58,683 nucleotides of DNA. It comes from Gammaproteobacteria bacterium. GTDB taxonomy: Bacteria > Pseudomonadota > Gammaproteobacteria > Steroidobacterales > PWYM01. Both the position numbers and the translations under genes were made by a program. The notes below the pieces were generated by a model. That model ran no database searches and was not told the origin of the DNA. It saw only the letters and a list, made by a program, of their open reading frames with translations. The stretch covers positions 1 through 58,683 of the forward strand of contig SKYU01000015.1 in the NCBI GenBank assembly GCA_007127715.1, read 5' to 3'. This document shows, piece by piece, positions 21,083 through 30,213 of the stretch. The first letter of the stretch is position 1; each line of letters starts with the position of its first letter.

Positions 21083-23722
21083 ATGAACGCCGCCGACGCC
21101 GAGATCTTCGATCCGCGCCTGTGCGCTTTCCCGGACTCTCCGTGGGTGGTGCTCAAGTTCGGCGGGACCAGTGTATCGACAGCTGCAAACTGGCAGCGGA
21201 TTGCCGCACTGCTGCACGCACGGTTGGCCGAGGGCCGCCGCGTACTGGTGGTGCATTCCGCGCTCTCCGGGATCTCCAACCGGCTGGAAGACCTGCTGAC
21301 GGCAGCGGTCCGCGGAGCGCAGGCGGCGGTCATCGACGAGATCGTCGCGCGTCATCGGGCCCTCGCCAGCGCTCTGGAAGTCGAGGTCGAGCCGCGCCTC
21401 GAGGCCTATTTCGCCGAGCTCCGTCAGCTGGCTGCGGGCATCGAACTGGTGGGCGAGGTCAGTCCCCGGGTGCACGCGCGGGTGATGGCGACGGGCGAGC
21501 TGCTGGCCACCACGCTGGGTGCGGCGTTCCTCGAGTCACGCGGACTGACAGTCAGCTGGGCGGATGCGCGGGGGCTGTTGCTGGCGCGCGATGAGCCAGC
21601 CAACCACGAGCGGGCCCGGTTCCTGTCGGCGAGTTGCGAGTTTGCCCCGGAGCCCGAGTTGGTCGCGCGGCTGTCGGAGCTGCCCGGTATCGTCCTGACC
21701 CAGGGGTTCATCGCGCGTAACCGGGACGGCGACACCGTGCTGCTGGGCCGTGGTGGTTCGGACACCTCGGCCGCCTATCTCGCGGCACGGTTGTCGGCGC
21801 GTCGCCTTGAGATCTGGACCGACGTACCCGGGATGTTTTCGGCCAATCCGCGTGCCGTGCCTTCGGCCCGGCTGCTGCGCAGCCTGCATTACTTCGAAGC
21901 CCAGGAAATCTCCTCCATGGGCAGCAAGGTGCTGCATCCCCGCTGCATCCCGCCCGTGCGCCGCAGTGGCATTCCCCTGTATGTGTTCAGCACCGAGCAT
22001 CCGGAGTGGGGCGGGACGGTCATCTCCGGTGACCATGGCGAGGACAGTGCGCAGCTCAAGGCAATTTCTTCGCGCGCTGGAATAACGCTGATCTCCATGG
22101 AAACCCAGAGCATGTGGCAGGAGGTCGGCTTCCTGGCCCGCGCGTTCGAACAGATCGCGGCAGCGGGCCTCTCGGTCGACCTGGTATCGACCTCGGAGGC
22201 GAACGTCACCGTTTCGATCGACCACCAGGCCAATGTGCTCGATCCAGCGGTGATGCAGGCTCTGGTCACGGAACTCGAGCAGATCTGTCGGGTGAGGATC
22301 ATCAGTGACTGCGCTGCCGTCAGTCTGGTCGGGCGCGGCATCCGCGGCATCCTGCATCAACTCGGTCCGGCACTCGGCGTGTTCGAGGAGCACCGCATCC
22401 ACATGCTGACCCAGGCAGCCAACGATCTGAACCTGACGGTGGTCGTGGATGAGGACCAGGCCCATCGTCTGGTCCAGCAGCTCCACCACCTGCTCATGCG
22501 CAGGGTGGGGGAAAGCCCCGTATTCGGACCGACCTGGGAGCAGCTGCAGGGTATCCGGCACGCACCGGTGGTCGGCGGCGCATCGCCGTGGTGGGAGCGC
22601 CGGCGCGACGCGCTGGTCAACATCGCCCGTGACGCCTCTTCGGCCTATGTCTACGACCTTGGGGTGATCGCCGAGGCGGCCCGCGGCTTGCGCGGCCTGC
22701 GGCACCTCGATGCGGTGTTTTTCGCAATGAAGGCGAACTCGAACCCGGACGTGCTGCGCTGTCTGCATGCCGAGGGGCTGAACTTCGAATGCGTGTCGCC
22801 GGGCGAGATCGCTCGGGTGCTGGAACTCTTCCCGGACCTCGACCGCCAGCGGATCCTGTTCACGCCGAATTTCGCGCCGCGCGCCGAATACGCCGATGCC
22901 CTCGAGAAGGGCGTCTGGGTCACCCTGGACAATCTGCACCCCCTGCGTGCCTGGCCCGAGCTGTTTGTGGGGCGCGAGGTCTTCGTGCGGATCGACCCCG
23001 GGCAGGGGCGCGGACACCATGAACACGTGCGCACGGCCGGTGCGCATTCGAAGTTCGGTGTCCCGCTGTTCGAACTGGCTGAACTGGAGTCGCTGGCTGC
23101 GGCGGCGGAGTGCCGTATCGTCGGCCTGCATGCCCATACCGGCAGTGGCATCCTGAGCCCTGAAAACTGGCAACAGACCGGCGCGCTGCTGAGCGAACTG
23201 GCCGGTCGGTTTCCCGATATGCGGACCCTGGATCTCGGTGGCGGTCTCGGCATCCCCGAGCGTCCGGGTGAACGGCCGCTCGACCTTGCCGCACTCGACG
23301 AGTCGCTGGCCGCGATCCGCGAGGCTCATCCCGACTACGCCCTGTGGCTTGAACCGGGGCGTTACCTGGTCGCGGCCGGCGGGGTGCTGGTCAGCGAAGT
23401 GACCCAGGTCAAGGGCAAGGGTGATGTGCAGTATGTGGGGATCGCCACCGGAATGAACTCCCTGATCCGCCCGGCCCTCTACGGTGCGTTCCACGAGATC
23501 GTCAACCTGAGCCGTCTCGGTGAGGCCGCCACGGAGATCGTGAGCGTCGTGGGCCCGAACTGCGAGAGCGGTGACAAGCTGGGCACCGACCGGCTGATGC
23601 CGCCCTGCCATGAGGGCGACATCATCCTGATTGCCAATACCGGTGCCTATGGCTACGTGATGAGTTCGCACTACAACCTGCGCCCACCGGCGCGCGAGTT
23701 CACGCTGCCGCCCGAGTCATGA
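21083..23722 (+). CDS. lysAC: Bifunctional aspartate kinase / diaminopimelate decarboxylase (LysC-LysA fusion; alternative TTG start 21071)
   Basis: N-terminal VVLKFGGTS, LGRGGSDTSA, ACT repeats; C-terminal FAMKAN, HAHTGSG, LDLGGG, EPGRYLV, GPNCESGD, GAYG. Confidence 0.95.
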   Translation: MNAADAEIFDPRLCAFPDSPWVVLKFGGTSVSTAANWQRIAALLHARLAEGRRVLVVHSALSGISNRLEDLLTAAVRGAQAAVIDEIVARHRALASALEVEVEPRLEAYFAELRQLAAGIELVGEVSPRVHARVMATGELLATTLGAAFLESRGLTVSWADARGLLLARDEPANHERARFLSASCEFAPEPELVARLSELPGIVLTQGFIARNRDGDTVLLGRGGSDTSAAYLAARLSARRLEIWTDVPGMFSANPRAVPSARLLRSLHYFEAQEISSMGSKVLHPRCIPPVRRSGIPLYVFSTEHPEWGGTVISGDHGEDSAQLKAISSRAGITLISMETQSMWQEVGFLARAFEQIAAAGLSVDLVSTSEANVTVSIDHQANVLDPAVMQALVTELEQICRVRIISDCAAVSLVGRGIRGILHQLGPALGVFEEHRIHMLTQAANDLNLTVVVDEDQAHRLVQQLHHLLMRRVGESPVFGPTWEQLQGIRHAPVVGGASPWWERRRDALVNIARDASSAYVYDLGVIAEAARGLRGLRHLDAVFFAMKANSNPDVLRCLHAEGLNFECVSPGEIARVLELFPDLDRQRILFTPNFAPRAEYADALEKGVWVTLDNLHPLRAWPELFVGREVFVRIDPGQGRGHHEHVRTAGAHSKFGVPLFELAELESLAAAAECRIVGLHAHTGSGILSPENWQQTGALLSELAGRFPDMRTLDLGGGLGIPERPGERPLDLAALDESLAAIREAHPDYALWLEPGRYLVAAGGVLVSEVTQVKGKGDVQYVGIATGMNSLIRPALYGAFHEIVNLSRLGEAATEIVSVVGPNCESGDKLGTDRLMPPCHEGDIILIANTGAYGYVMSSHYNLRPPAREFTLPPES

Positions 23723-24324
23723 GCCCGGATACGCAGGCCGGCGGTTTTGCCAACCGGGCGGTCGCCGCCCAGGCGCTGCCCGACTTCCGGTCCGTGCCAT
23801 TGGAGCCGGTCGCGCCCGCCTACCGGCCGTACGCCGTGATCGCCGCGGGGCTGGGTTGGCTGGCGCCGGCGGGGGCCGGCCTGGTTGCGTGGTTCGGCGC
23901 ACGCGCGGGGCTGCTGCCTGGCACAGTCGCCGTCGTGGCACTGGGTGCGCTGGTGCTGATGACCGCGCTTGCGCTGCTCGGTATGGTGTTTGCCGCACTC
24001 GATGCGTCGCGGCGGAGATGGGCGCTGCGTGAGCATGACCTGATCTACCGATCGGGCGTGCTCTGGCACCGCAGCGTGATCGTGCCGTTCGCGCGCATCC
24101 AGCACGTCGAGACGGTCTCGGGCCCGCTTGAGCGCCGCTTCGGACTGACCCGCCTCAAGTGCTACACCGCCGGCGGGGCAGGGGGCGATCTCACCGTGGC
24201 GGGCCTGCACGGAGAGACCGCGGGACGCCTCAGGCAGTACCTGCTGGAGCGCATCCGCGACGGGGAGGATGAGGCCCCGGAGGTCGAAGGTCCGCGCCTG
24301 GCGTCGCCCGGCGATGACGACTGA
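23719..24324 (+). CDS. YdbS-like membrane protein with bacterial PH (bPH_2) domain
   Basis: Two TM helices then RSGVLWHRSVIVPFARIQHVETVSGPLERRFGL..YTAGG; ATGA overlap with lysAC. Confidence 0.82.
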   Translation: MSPDTQAGGFANRAVAAQALPDFRSVPLEPVAPAYRPYAVIAAGLGWLAPAGAGLVAWFGARAGLLPGTVAVVALGALVLMTALALLGMVFAALDASRRRWALREHDLIYRSGVLWHRSVIVPFARIQHVETVSGPLERRFGLTRLKCYTAGGAGGDLTVAGLHGETAGRLRQYLLERIRDGEDEAPEVEGPRLASPGDDD

Positions 24325-25858
24325 GTCCCCGGATCCCTGGCAGCGCCTGGCACCCATGGCGCTGGTGTTCCTGATCGCCAGGGCCGTGCAGCGGTTCGTG
24401 CGCGAAAACCTCTTCCTGTTCGTCGGTGCCGGCGCCGGCGTGGCGTTCGTGGAGCGTCTGGGGATCCGCGAACTGCTGCTGTTCGCGGCGGTGGTGTTGG
24501 CCGCGGTCGTGGTTGGTGCGGTGATTCATCACCGGCGATTCCGTTTCCGGGTCGAGGACGATGCCGTGCGGGTACGGCGCGGCGTGTTCGAGCACAAGGA
24601 GCTGCGCGTACGCTTCAGCCGGGTACAGAACGTGCAGTTGGGTCAGCCGGTGTATTTCCGGCCCTTCGATCTGGTGCAGTTCAGCCTCGAGACGCCAGGC
24701 GCTGCCGAGCGCGAAGTCGAGCTGCCAGGGATTCCGCGTCGCCTGGCCGAGGAGATGCGCGATCGGATCCTGGGCGCACGCCGCGAGGCCGTGGGGGAGG
24801 CCGGTGCCGAGGGTCCGGCCGACCCGGCGGTACCTCCGGGTTTCCCTGGCCCAGTCGTCCCGGGCGGCGAGACCGCTGCCGCGTCGTTGCTGCATGCACC
24901 CGGGATCGCCCGGGTGTTCCTGCACGGTCTGAGCAGCAACCAGGTGTGGTTGATCGCGGGTGTGCTGGTATACGTCCTGGACCTTGGCGTCCGCCAGGGC
25001 GCCGATTCCACGGTGGTGGAGCAGCTGCTGGGCTGGCTCGAGCGCCAGGCCACGGCGGGCTGGTCGGTGCTGCTGCTCTTGGCCGTCGGAGTGTTTTCGG
25101 TGCTGCTGGTGGCTGCAGGTCTGGCCGCGCTGCTGCGCTATCACCCGTACCGGCTGCAGGATCATGGCAGCCGGCTGGTCGGCAGCGGCGGGGTACTCGA
25201 GCGCCGCGAACAGACACTGCGACGTGACAAGCTGACGGGGGCGGTACTGAAGCAGTCGCCGGTCGGGCGGGTGCTGGGCTGCTGGACGCTGGCTGGCCTG
25301 CAGACCCGTAGTGACGGCCGCGGTGACGAGGTCGGTCAGCGCAGCTTTCTGGTGCCTGGACTGGGCGCCGGCGACCTCGACCTGGTCGGGAAACTCTACC
25401 CGGGCGCGAGGATGCCGGAAGGCTTCGAGCCCATCCACCGTCGGTATCGGGTCTGGCTGTTGAGCCGGGGATTCGCGCTCGCGCTCGCGATCCTCGCCCT
25501 GCTGGCATCCAGTCTAGGCCGCGGTCATGGTGCGGTGTTGCTGATGACGTTGAGCCTGGTCGTCCTGCCGCCGCTGGTCTGGCTGCGCTGGCGACAGTGG
25601 GGCTGGTCGATCGACGGTCCGATGTTCTGGCTGAGAAGGGGGCTTCTGGGGCAGCGTCTGGAAGCGTTCGAGCTCGCGCGGGTGCAGCAGGTGCAGGTCC
25701 GCAGTAGTCCCTATCAGCGCCGACACGGGCTGGTGACGCTGGTGCTGGTGCTACCCCAGGGGTTGGTGCAGGTGCCGTTCCTGCCAGAGGCGTTGGCCGC
25801 ACAGCTGGCCAACCGCGCCCTGTTCGCCGCGGAGACCGCCAGGCAACACCGCCTCTAG
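24314..25858 (+). CDS. YdbT-like membrane protein with repeated bPH_2 domains
   Basis: RRGVFEHKELRVRFSRVQNV, FDLVQFSLETPG, ARVQQVQVRSSPYQRRHGL; overlaps the YdbS-like gene. Confidence 0.8.
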   Translation: MTTESPDPWQRLAPMALVFLIARAVQRFVRENLFLFVGAGAGVAFVERLGIRELLLFAAVVLAAVVVGAVIHHRRFRFRVEDDAVRVRRGVFEHKELRVRFSRVQNVQLGQPVYFRPFDLVQFSLETPGAAEREVELPGIPRRLAEEMRDRILGARREAVGEAGAEGPADPAVPPGFPGPVVPGGETAAASLLHAPGIARVFLHGLSSNQVWLIAGVLVYVLDLGVRQGADSTVVEQLLGWLERQATAGWSVLLLLAVGVFSVLLVAAGLAALLRYHPYRLQDHGSRLVGSGGVLERREQTLRRDKLTGAVLKQSPVGRVLGCWTLAGLQTRSDGRGDEVGQRSFLVPGLGAGDLDLVGKLYPGARMPEGFEPIHRRYRVWLLSRGFALALAILALLASSLGRGHGAVLLMTLSLVVLPPLVWLRWRQWGWSIDGPMFWLRRGLLGQRLEAFELARVQQVQVRSSPYQRRHGLVTLVLVLPQGLVQVPFLPEALAAQLANRALFAAETARQHRL

Positions 25859-26685
25859 GAGGTCTGGCCGCCTCGAGTCGGGTCGATAGCGCGTGTATCG
25901 GTCGATTCGAAAATACGGTCGGCGCTGGCGGCGACGAAGCCCTCATAGAGCTCGCCATCGGGTCGAGGATAGCGCCGGGCAAACTCGTAATAGCAGGTCG
26001 GGATGTCATGCACCTCACCCCCTGCAAACGCCACCGGAACGCGGTCGGCGAGAGTTGCAGCCTGCTCGAGCAGCACCTCTGGCGAGCCCTTGATTCGGCC
26101 CCCTGCAGTGTTCAGGACAAAGCCCTCGGCCTCGACGAAGTCCAGCAAGGCTGGCAGGTCGGCGAAGGTGGTGAGCGCGTTGACGCTGATCGTGAAATGG
26201 TTTGCCCGCAGGCCGAGTGCGGCCACCCATGCGGCGTATTCGCTTTCGTCACGCAGTGCCTGCCAGGTGGCATGGCTCACCGGCGCCCAGGGCCTGCCGG
26301 CCCAGAAGATGGAGGGGTCGGCGACGGCCGCTGCCGGAACCTGCCGGCACAGCCCCGCTACGAGGTTCTGGAGGTCGCGGCTGAAACGCCGGGTCTCGAG
26401 CTCGCTCAGGAAGATGCGTGGATGACCGCCCGGATGCACGTAACCCCAGGCGCGCAGGCCTTTGTCCTCGAAGACGTAGGGCTCGAAGCGGCGATAGCCG
26501 AGCGCGAGGAGATGGGGCTCGAGCTGCGCCAGCCCGATCGGGTCGAGATCGAAGCTGCGGAAGGCGACATGATCGTTGACGATCCGTTCGCCACGTGCCG
26601 CGACCCTCGCGTGCAGCCGCGCGGCGGCAGGCGCGATAGCGATGTAGTCCTGCCACAGATGTGTGAAGAACTGCTCAGGCGTCAT
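25855..26685 (-). CDS. DUF1338 family protein (2-oxoadipate dioxygenase/decarboxylase HglS-like)
   Basis: NDHVAFRSF, IFLSEL, ESEYAAW, ANHFT, IKGSPEVLLEQ, CYYEFARRY, YEGFVAASADRIFEST. Confidence 0.85.
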   Translation of the reverse strand: MTPEQFFTHLWQDYIAIAPAAARLHARVAARGERIVNDHVAFRSFDLDPIGLAQLEPHLLALGYRRFEPYVFEDKGLRAWGYVHPGGHPRIFLSELETRRFSRDLQNLVAGLCRQVPAAAVADPSIFWAGRPWAPVSHATWQALRDESEYAAWVAALGLRANHFTISVNALTTFADLPALLDFVEAEGFVLNTAGGRIKGSPEVLLEQAATLADRVPVAFAGGEVHDIPTCYYEFARRYPRPDGELYEGFVAASADRIFESTDTRAIDPTRGGQTS

Positions 26686-26733
26686 GTCGCCGTATTCCTC
26701 GCCGTTATCCTGACCGGCCGGCGAGCCGGGCCC

Positions 26734-27060
26734 TCAGCGCGCCTCGTGCCGTCGTGCCAGCAGGGCCACGACGTCGGCCAGCCGGAGATCGACCGCCCGC
26801 AGTGCCAGCATCAGGTGGAACAGCAAGTCGGCCGCCTCGTCCAGAGCCTCGTCACGATCGCCCGCGGCGATCGCCAGGGCCGTCTCCAGCCCTTCCTCAC
26901 CGACTTTCTGCGCCACCCGGCGAGGTCCGCGAGCGGTCAGCCGACTCACGTAGCTGCCTTCCGGACGCTCGCGTAGCCGCTGGTCGAGGATGGCCTCGAG
27001 GTCGGCCAGGAATGCGTGCGCGTCGGCTCCCGATTGATCGCCCATCGGTCTGTCAGACAT
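26734..27060 (-). CDS. hisE: Phosphoribosyl-ATP pyrophosphohydrolase (stand-alone HisE, no HisI domain)
   Basis: [30 protein letters not shown]; 108 aa; start overlaps the hisF stop. Confidence 0.92.
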   Translation of the reverse strand: MSDRPMGDQSGADAHAFLADLEAILDQRLRERPEGSYVSRLTARGPRRVAQKVGEEGLETALAIAAGDRDEALDEAADLLFHLMLALRAVDLRLADVVALLARRHEAR

Positions 27061-27841
27061 GCGCCGGCGCCTCCAGCAGACGGATCGCCACGCCGCGCTC
27101 GGCCAGCCAGCGTTTGAGCTCGATGATGTCGATCAGCCCCTTGTGGAACACGCTGGCGGCGAGTGCGCCGTCGACATCGGCCTGCTCGAAGACATCCAGG
27201 AAATGCTGCTCCGCGCCAGCACCACCCGAGGCGATCAACGGTACCTCGCAGTGCTCGCGGACACGGGCCAGCTGCTCGATGTCGTAGCCCTGGCGCACGC
27301 CATCGGAGTTCATGCAGTTCAGGACGATCTCCCCGGCGCCGCGCGCCTGCACCTCGTCCACCCAGTCGAGCGTGCGCCGGCGCGCCGCCTGGGTCCGGTT
27401 CGGGTCGCCGGTGTACTGGTAGACCTGCCAGTCGCCGTCGGCGGACAGGCTGTCGATGCCGACGACCACGCACTGCGCTCCGAAGCGCCGCGACAGGCGG
27501 TCGATCAGATCGGGATCGGCCAGGGCGGGGGAGTTGATGGAGATCTTGTCGGCGCCAAGGTTCAGCACCTCCTCTGCGTCGGCCACCGAGCGGATACCGC
27601 CGGCCACGCAGAAAGGGATGTCCAGTACTTCGGCGACGCGGTTTACCCAGCTGCGGTCGACCTGGCGGTCCTCCGGGCTGGCCGTGATGTCGTAGAACAC
27701 CAGTTCATCGGCGCCGCGCTCGCGGTAGCGCCGGGCCAGTTCCAGAATGCCACCGACGTCCTCGTGGTTGCGAAACTGCACGCCCTTGACCACGCGTCCG
27801 TCGCGCACGTCGAGACAGGGGATGATGCGCCGGGTCAGCAT
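27053..27841 (-). CDS. hisF: Imidazole glycerol phosphate synthase cyclase subunit
   Basis: [54 protein letters not shown]. Confidence 0.97.
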   Translation of the reverse strand: MLTRRIIPCLDVRDGRVVKGVQFRNHEDVGGILELARRYRERGADELVFYDITASPEDRQVDRSWVNRVAEVLDIPFCVAGGIRSVADAEEVLNLGADKISINSPALADPDLIDRLSRRFGAQCVVVGIDSLSADGDWQVYQYTGDPNRTQAARRRTLDWVDEVQARGAGEIVLNCMNSDGVRQGYDIEQLARVREHCEVPLIASGGAGAEQHFLDVFEQADVDGALAASVFHKGLIDIIELKRWLAERGVAIRLLEAPAHV

Positions 27842-28611
27842 GCGTGTGCGCCCGGCGAGGTGCTGGGTGCGGCTGTGTGGTCCGGGAGGTAGGCCTCGAG
27901 CCCCTCGAGCGCCAGCGCACCCTCCAGCAGGGCACGACCCGAAATGGCGCCGGTCGCGCCTGTCGAAGCCAGGGCCGCCAGGTCCTCGGCGTGGCGGACG
28001 CCCCCGGAAGCCTGCACGGCCAGGCTCGGGTAGCGTTGGCAGCATTCCCGGTAGAGTCCGAGGTTCGGGCCCTGCATCGCACCGTCGAGCTCGACGTCGG
28101 TACACAGCACATGCTGAAGCCCGTCCGGCATGAAGCCGTCGATCACTTCCCAGAGACTGGCGGACGAGGCTTCGGTCCAGCCATGGGTCAGCGTCATGGG
28201 CACCGCGTCGACCTGCCGTACGTCCAGTGCGAGGACGATGCGTTCGGGGCCGAAGCGAGCCAGCCAGTCCTTGACGATGGCCGGGTCGCGAACGGCCAGG
28301 CTGCCCACGACAATCCGCGCGGCGCCCGCGGCGAGCTGCGCTTCCACCGCCTCGAGACTGCGTAGCCCACCCCCGACCTGGACCTGAATGTCGCTGGCCT
28401 GCAGGATCGCGGCGATGGTGTCGGTGTTGGCGGGGCGGCCATGGCGGGCGCCGTCGAGATCGACCACGTGGAGCCAGCGTGCCCCGGCTTCGCGGTAGCG
28501 CTTTGCGAGGGCCGCGGGGCTTACCGGGTAATGGGTGACCTCGTCGAAGCGCCCCTGGTAGAGACGTACGACGCGGCCGTCGTTCAGGTCGATTGCAGGA
28601 ATCAGTTCCAT
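27835..28611 (-). CDS. hisA: ProFAR isomerase
   Basis: [50 protein letters not shown]. Confidence 0.96.
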   Translation of the reverse strand: MELIPAIDLNDGRVVRLYQGRFDEVTHYPVSPAALAKRYREAGARWLHVVDLDGARHGRPANTDTIAAILQASDIQVQVGGGLRSLEAVEAQLAAGAARIVVGSLAVRDPAIVKDWLARFGPERIVLALDVRQVDAVPMTLTHGWTEASSASLWEVIDGFMPDGLQHVLCTDVELDGAMQGPNLGLYRECCQRYPSLAVQASGGVRHAEDLAALASTGATGAISGRALLEGALALEGLEAYLPDHTAAPSTSPGAHAC

Positions 28612-28615
28612 AGGG

Positions 28616-29215
28616 CTATAAATCCAGGAAATTTTTCAGGATCTGCTCGCCCACGGGGCCCGAGCGCTCCGGGTGGAACTGGGCACCGTGGAAATTCCCG
28701 TCGGCCACGAGCGCGGCGAATTCGCCCCCGTAATCGGCACAGGCCAGCGTGTGGTCGGTGACAGGGAGGGCGTAGCTGTGCACGAAGTAGACGTAGTCCC
28801 CGTCGTGGATACCGTCGAGCAGCGGATGGTCGCGGTGCCGGCGCAGCGCATTCCAGCCCATCTGCGGGACAGGCCGTCCTGGTGCCGGTGTGAATCGTCG
28901 CGCCTGGCCGGGCAGAATCCCCAGGCAGCGGGCGGCGTCCTCGTCGGAGCCCTGGAAAAGCAGCTGCATACCCAGGCAGATCCCGAGCACGGGTTGGGTC
29001 AGCGTCGGGATGAGTTGATCGAGCCCGGCCGCGGCCAGTCGTGCCATGGCATCGGCAGCGGCGCCGACACCCGGGAGAATGACGTGGGAGGCATTGCGGA
29101 TGGCGGTCTCGTCGCGTGTGAACAGGCTTTCCCGGCCCAGTCGGGCCAGCGCGAACTTCAGCGAGGCGATGTTGGCACCGCCGGAATCGATGAGCACCAC
29201 GGGGCCGGCGGCCAT
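28616..29215 (-). CDS. hisH: Imidazole glycerol phosphate synthase glutaminase subunit
   Basis: LPGVG, LGICLGMQ, VPQMGWN, YFVHSY, QFHPERS. Confidence 0.96.
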   Translation of the reverse strand: MAAGPVVLIDSGGANIASLKFALARLGRESLFTRDETAIRNASHVILPGVGAAADAMARLAAAGLDQLIPTLTQPVLGICLGMQLLFQGSDEDAARCLGILPGQARRFTPAPGRPVPQMGWNALRRHRDHPLLDGIHDGDYVYFVHSYALPVTDHTLACADYGGEFAALVADGNFHGAQFHPERSGPVGEQILKNFLDL

Positions 29216-30213
29216 CACAGGACACCCTTGGTGCTGGGCAGCTCGTTGCCCGCCCGGGCGAAGGCCTGTCGCAGCGCCCGCCCCACCCCCTTGAAGGAGG
29301 CCTCGACCATGTGGTGGGTGTTCTCGCCCCACACGCGGACGTGAATGGCGGCGCGCAGGGTTTCGGCCAGCGACCGGAAGAAATGCGGCACCATCTCGGT
29401 GGACAGCCCGCCCACCTCGCTGCGGGGGAACGTCGCCTCGAACACGGCGTACGGGCGCCCCCCCAGGTCGATCGCGACCTCGGCGCGGGTTTCGTCCATC
29501 GGCAGCAGGAACCCGTAGCGACCGATGCCCCGGCGCTCGCCCAGAGCACGGTCCAGGGCACTGCCCAGCGCCAGCGCGCAGTCTTCCACCGTGTGGTGCT
29601 CGTCGATATGCAGGTCACCCTCGCAATTCAGGCTGAGCGCGAAGCCTCCGTGCTTTGCAATCTGCTCGAGCATGTGGTCATAAAACCCCACTCCTGTTGA
29701 TATTTCTTGTGGGCCTTCGGCGTCGAGATCAACATGCACCTCGATAGCGGTCTCGCGGGTCCGCCGGGTCACCGACGCCCGGCGTGCGCGTCCGGTGAGC
29801 TCGCGGGCGGCCAGCGGCCAGGGGCGTGCATCATCGATACCCAGCCGCGGCAGGTCGAGTGTCCGCGCGATGTCGTCCAGTCGGTCGTCAGCCAGCAGTA
29901 CGGAATGCACCCGGTCGAATCCCTGGCGTGCGACCGACCCGGTCAGCAGTGTCGCGGCCGGCTCGGCACCGTCGAGTATCGGGACCTCGGCCAACTCATG
30001 GGCCGCCAGCCAGGCCGCGAACCATTCGGCCACCTCCGGTGCCAGCGGGCCGCCCCCGCCGAGGATGACCGGGCGATAGCCGGCGTCGCGCAGCGCGAGC
30101 AGCGCGGGCAGGGCCCCGGGCCGCGGCAGCAGGTCTGCGACCGCCGATGGCGGCTCGGCAGTGTGCAGCAGGGTGCCATCGCGCTGCACCCAGAGATGGC
30201 GGGGCTCAGCCAT
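29215..30213 (-). CDS. hisB: HisB: intact C-terminal imidazoleglycerol-phosphate dehydratase with degenerate N-terminal HAD phosphatase domain
   Basis: C-domain RRTRET, GVGFYDHML, DLHIDEHHTVED, PMDE, NTHHMVEASFK, STKG; N-domain WVQRDGTL in place of FIDRDGTL. Confidence 0.92.
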   Translation of the reverse strand: MAEPRHLWVQRDGTLLHTAEPPSAVADLLPRPGALPALLALRDAGYRPVILGGGGPLAPEVAEWFAAWLAAHELAEVPILDGAEPAATLLTGSVARQGFDRVHSVLLADDRLDDIARTLDLPRLGIDDARPWPLAARELTGRARRASVTRRTRETAIEVHVDLDAEGPQEISTGVGFYDHMLEQIAKHGGFALSLNCEGDLHIDEHHTVEDCALALGSALDRALGERRGIGRYGFLLPMDETRAEVAIDLGGRPYAVFEATFPRSEVGGLSTEMVPHFFRSLAETLRAAIHVRVWGENTHHMVEASFKGVGRALRQAFARAGNELPSTKGVL

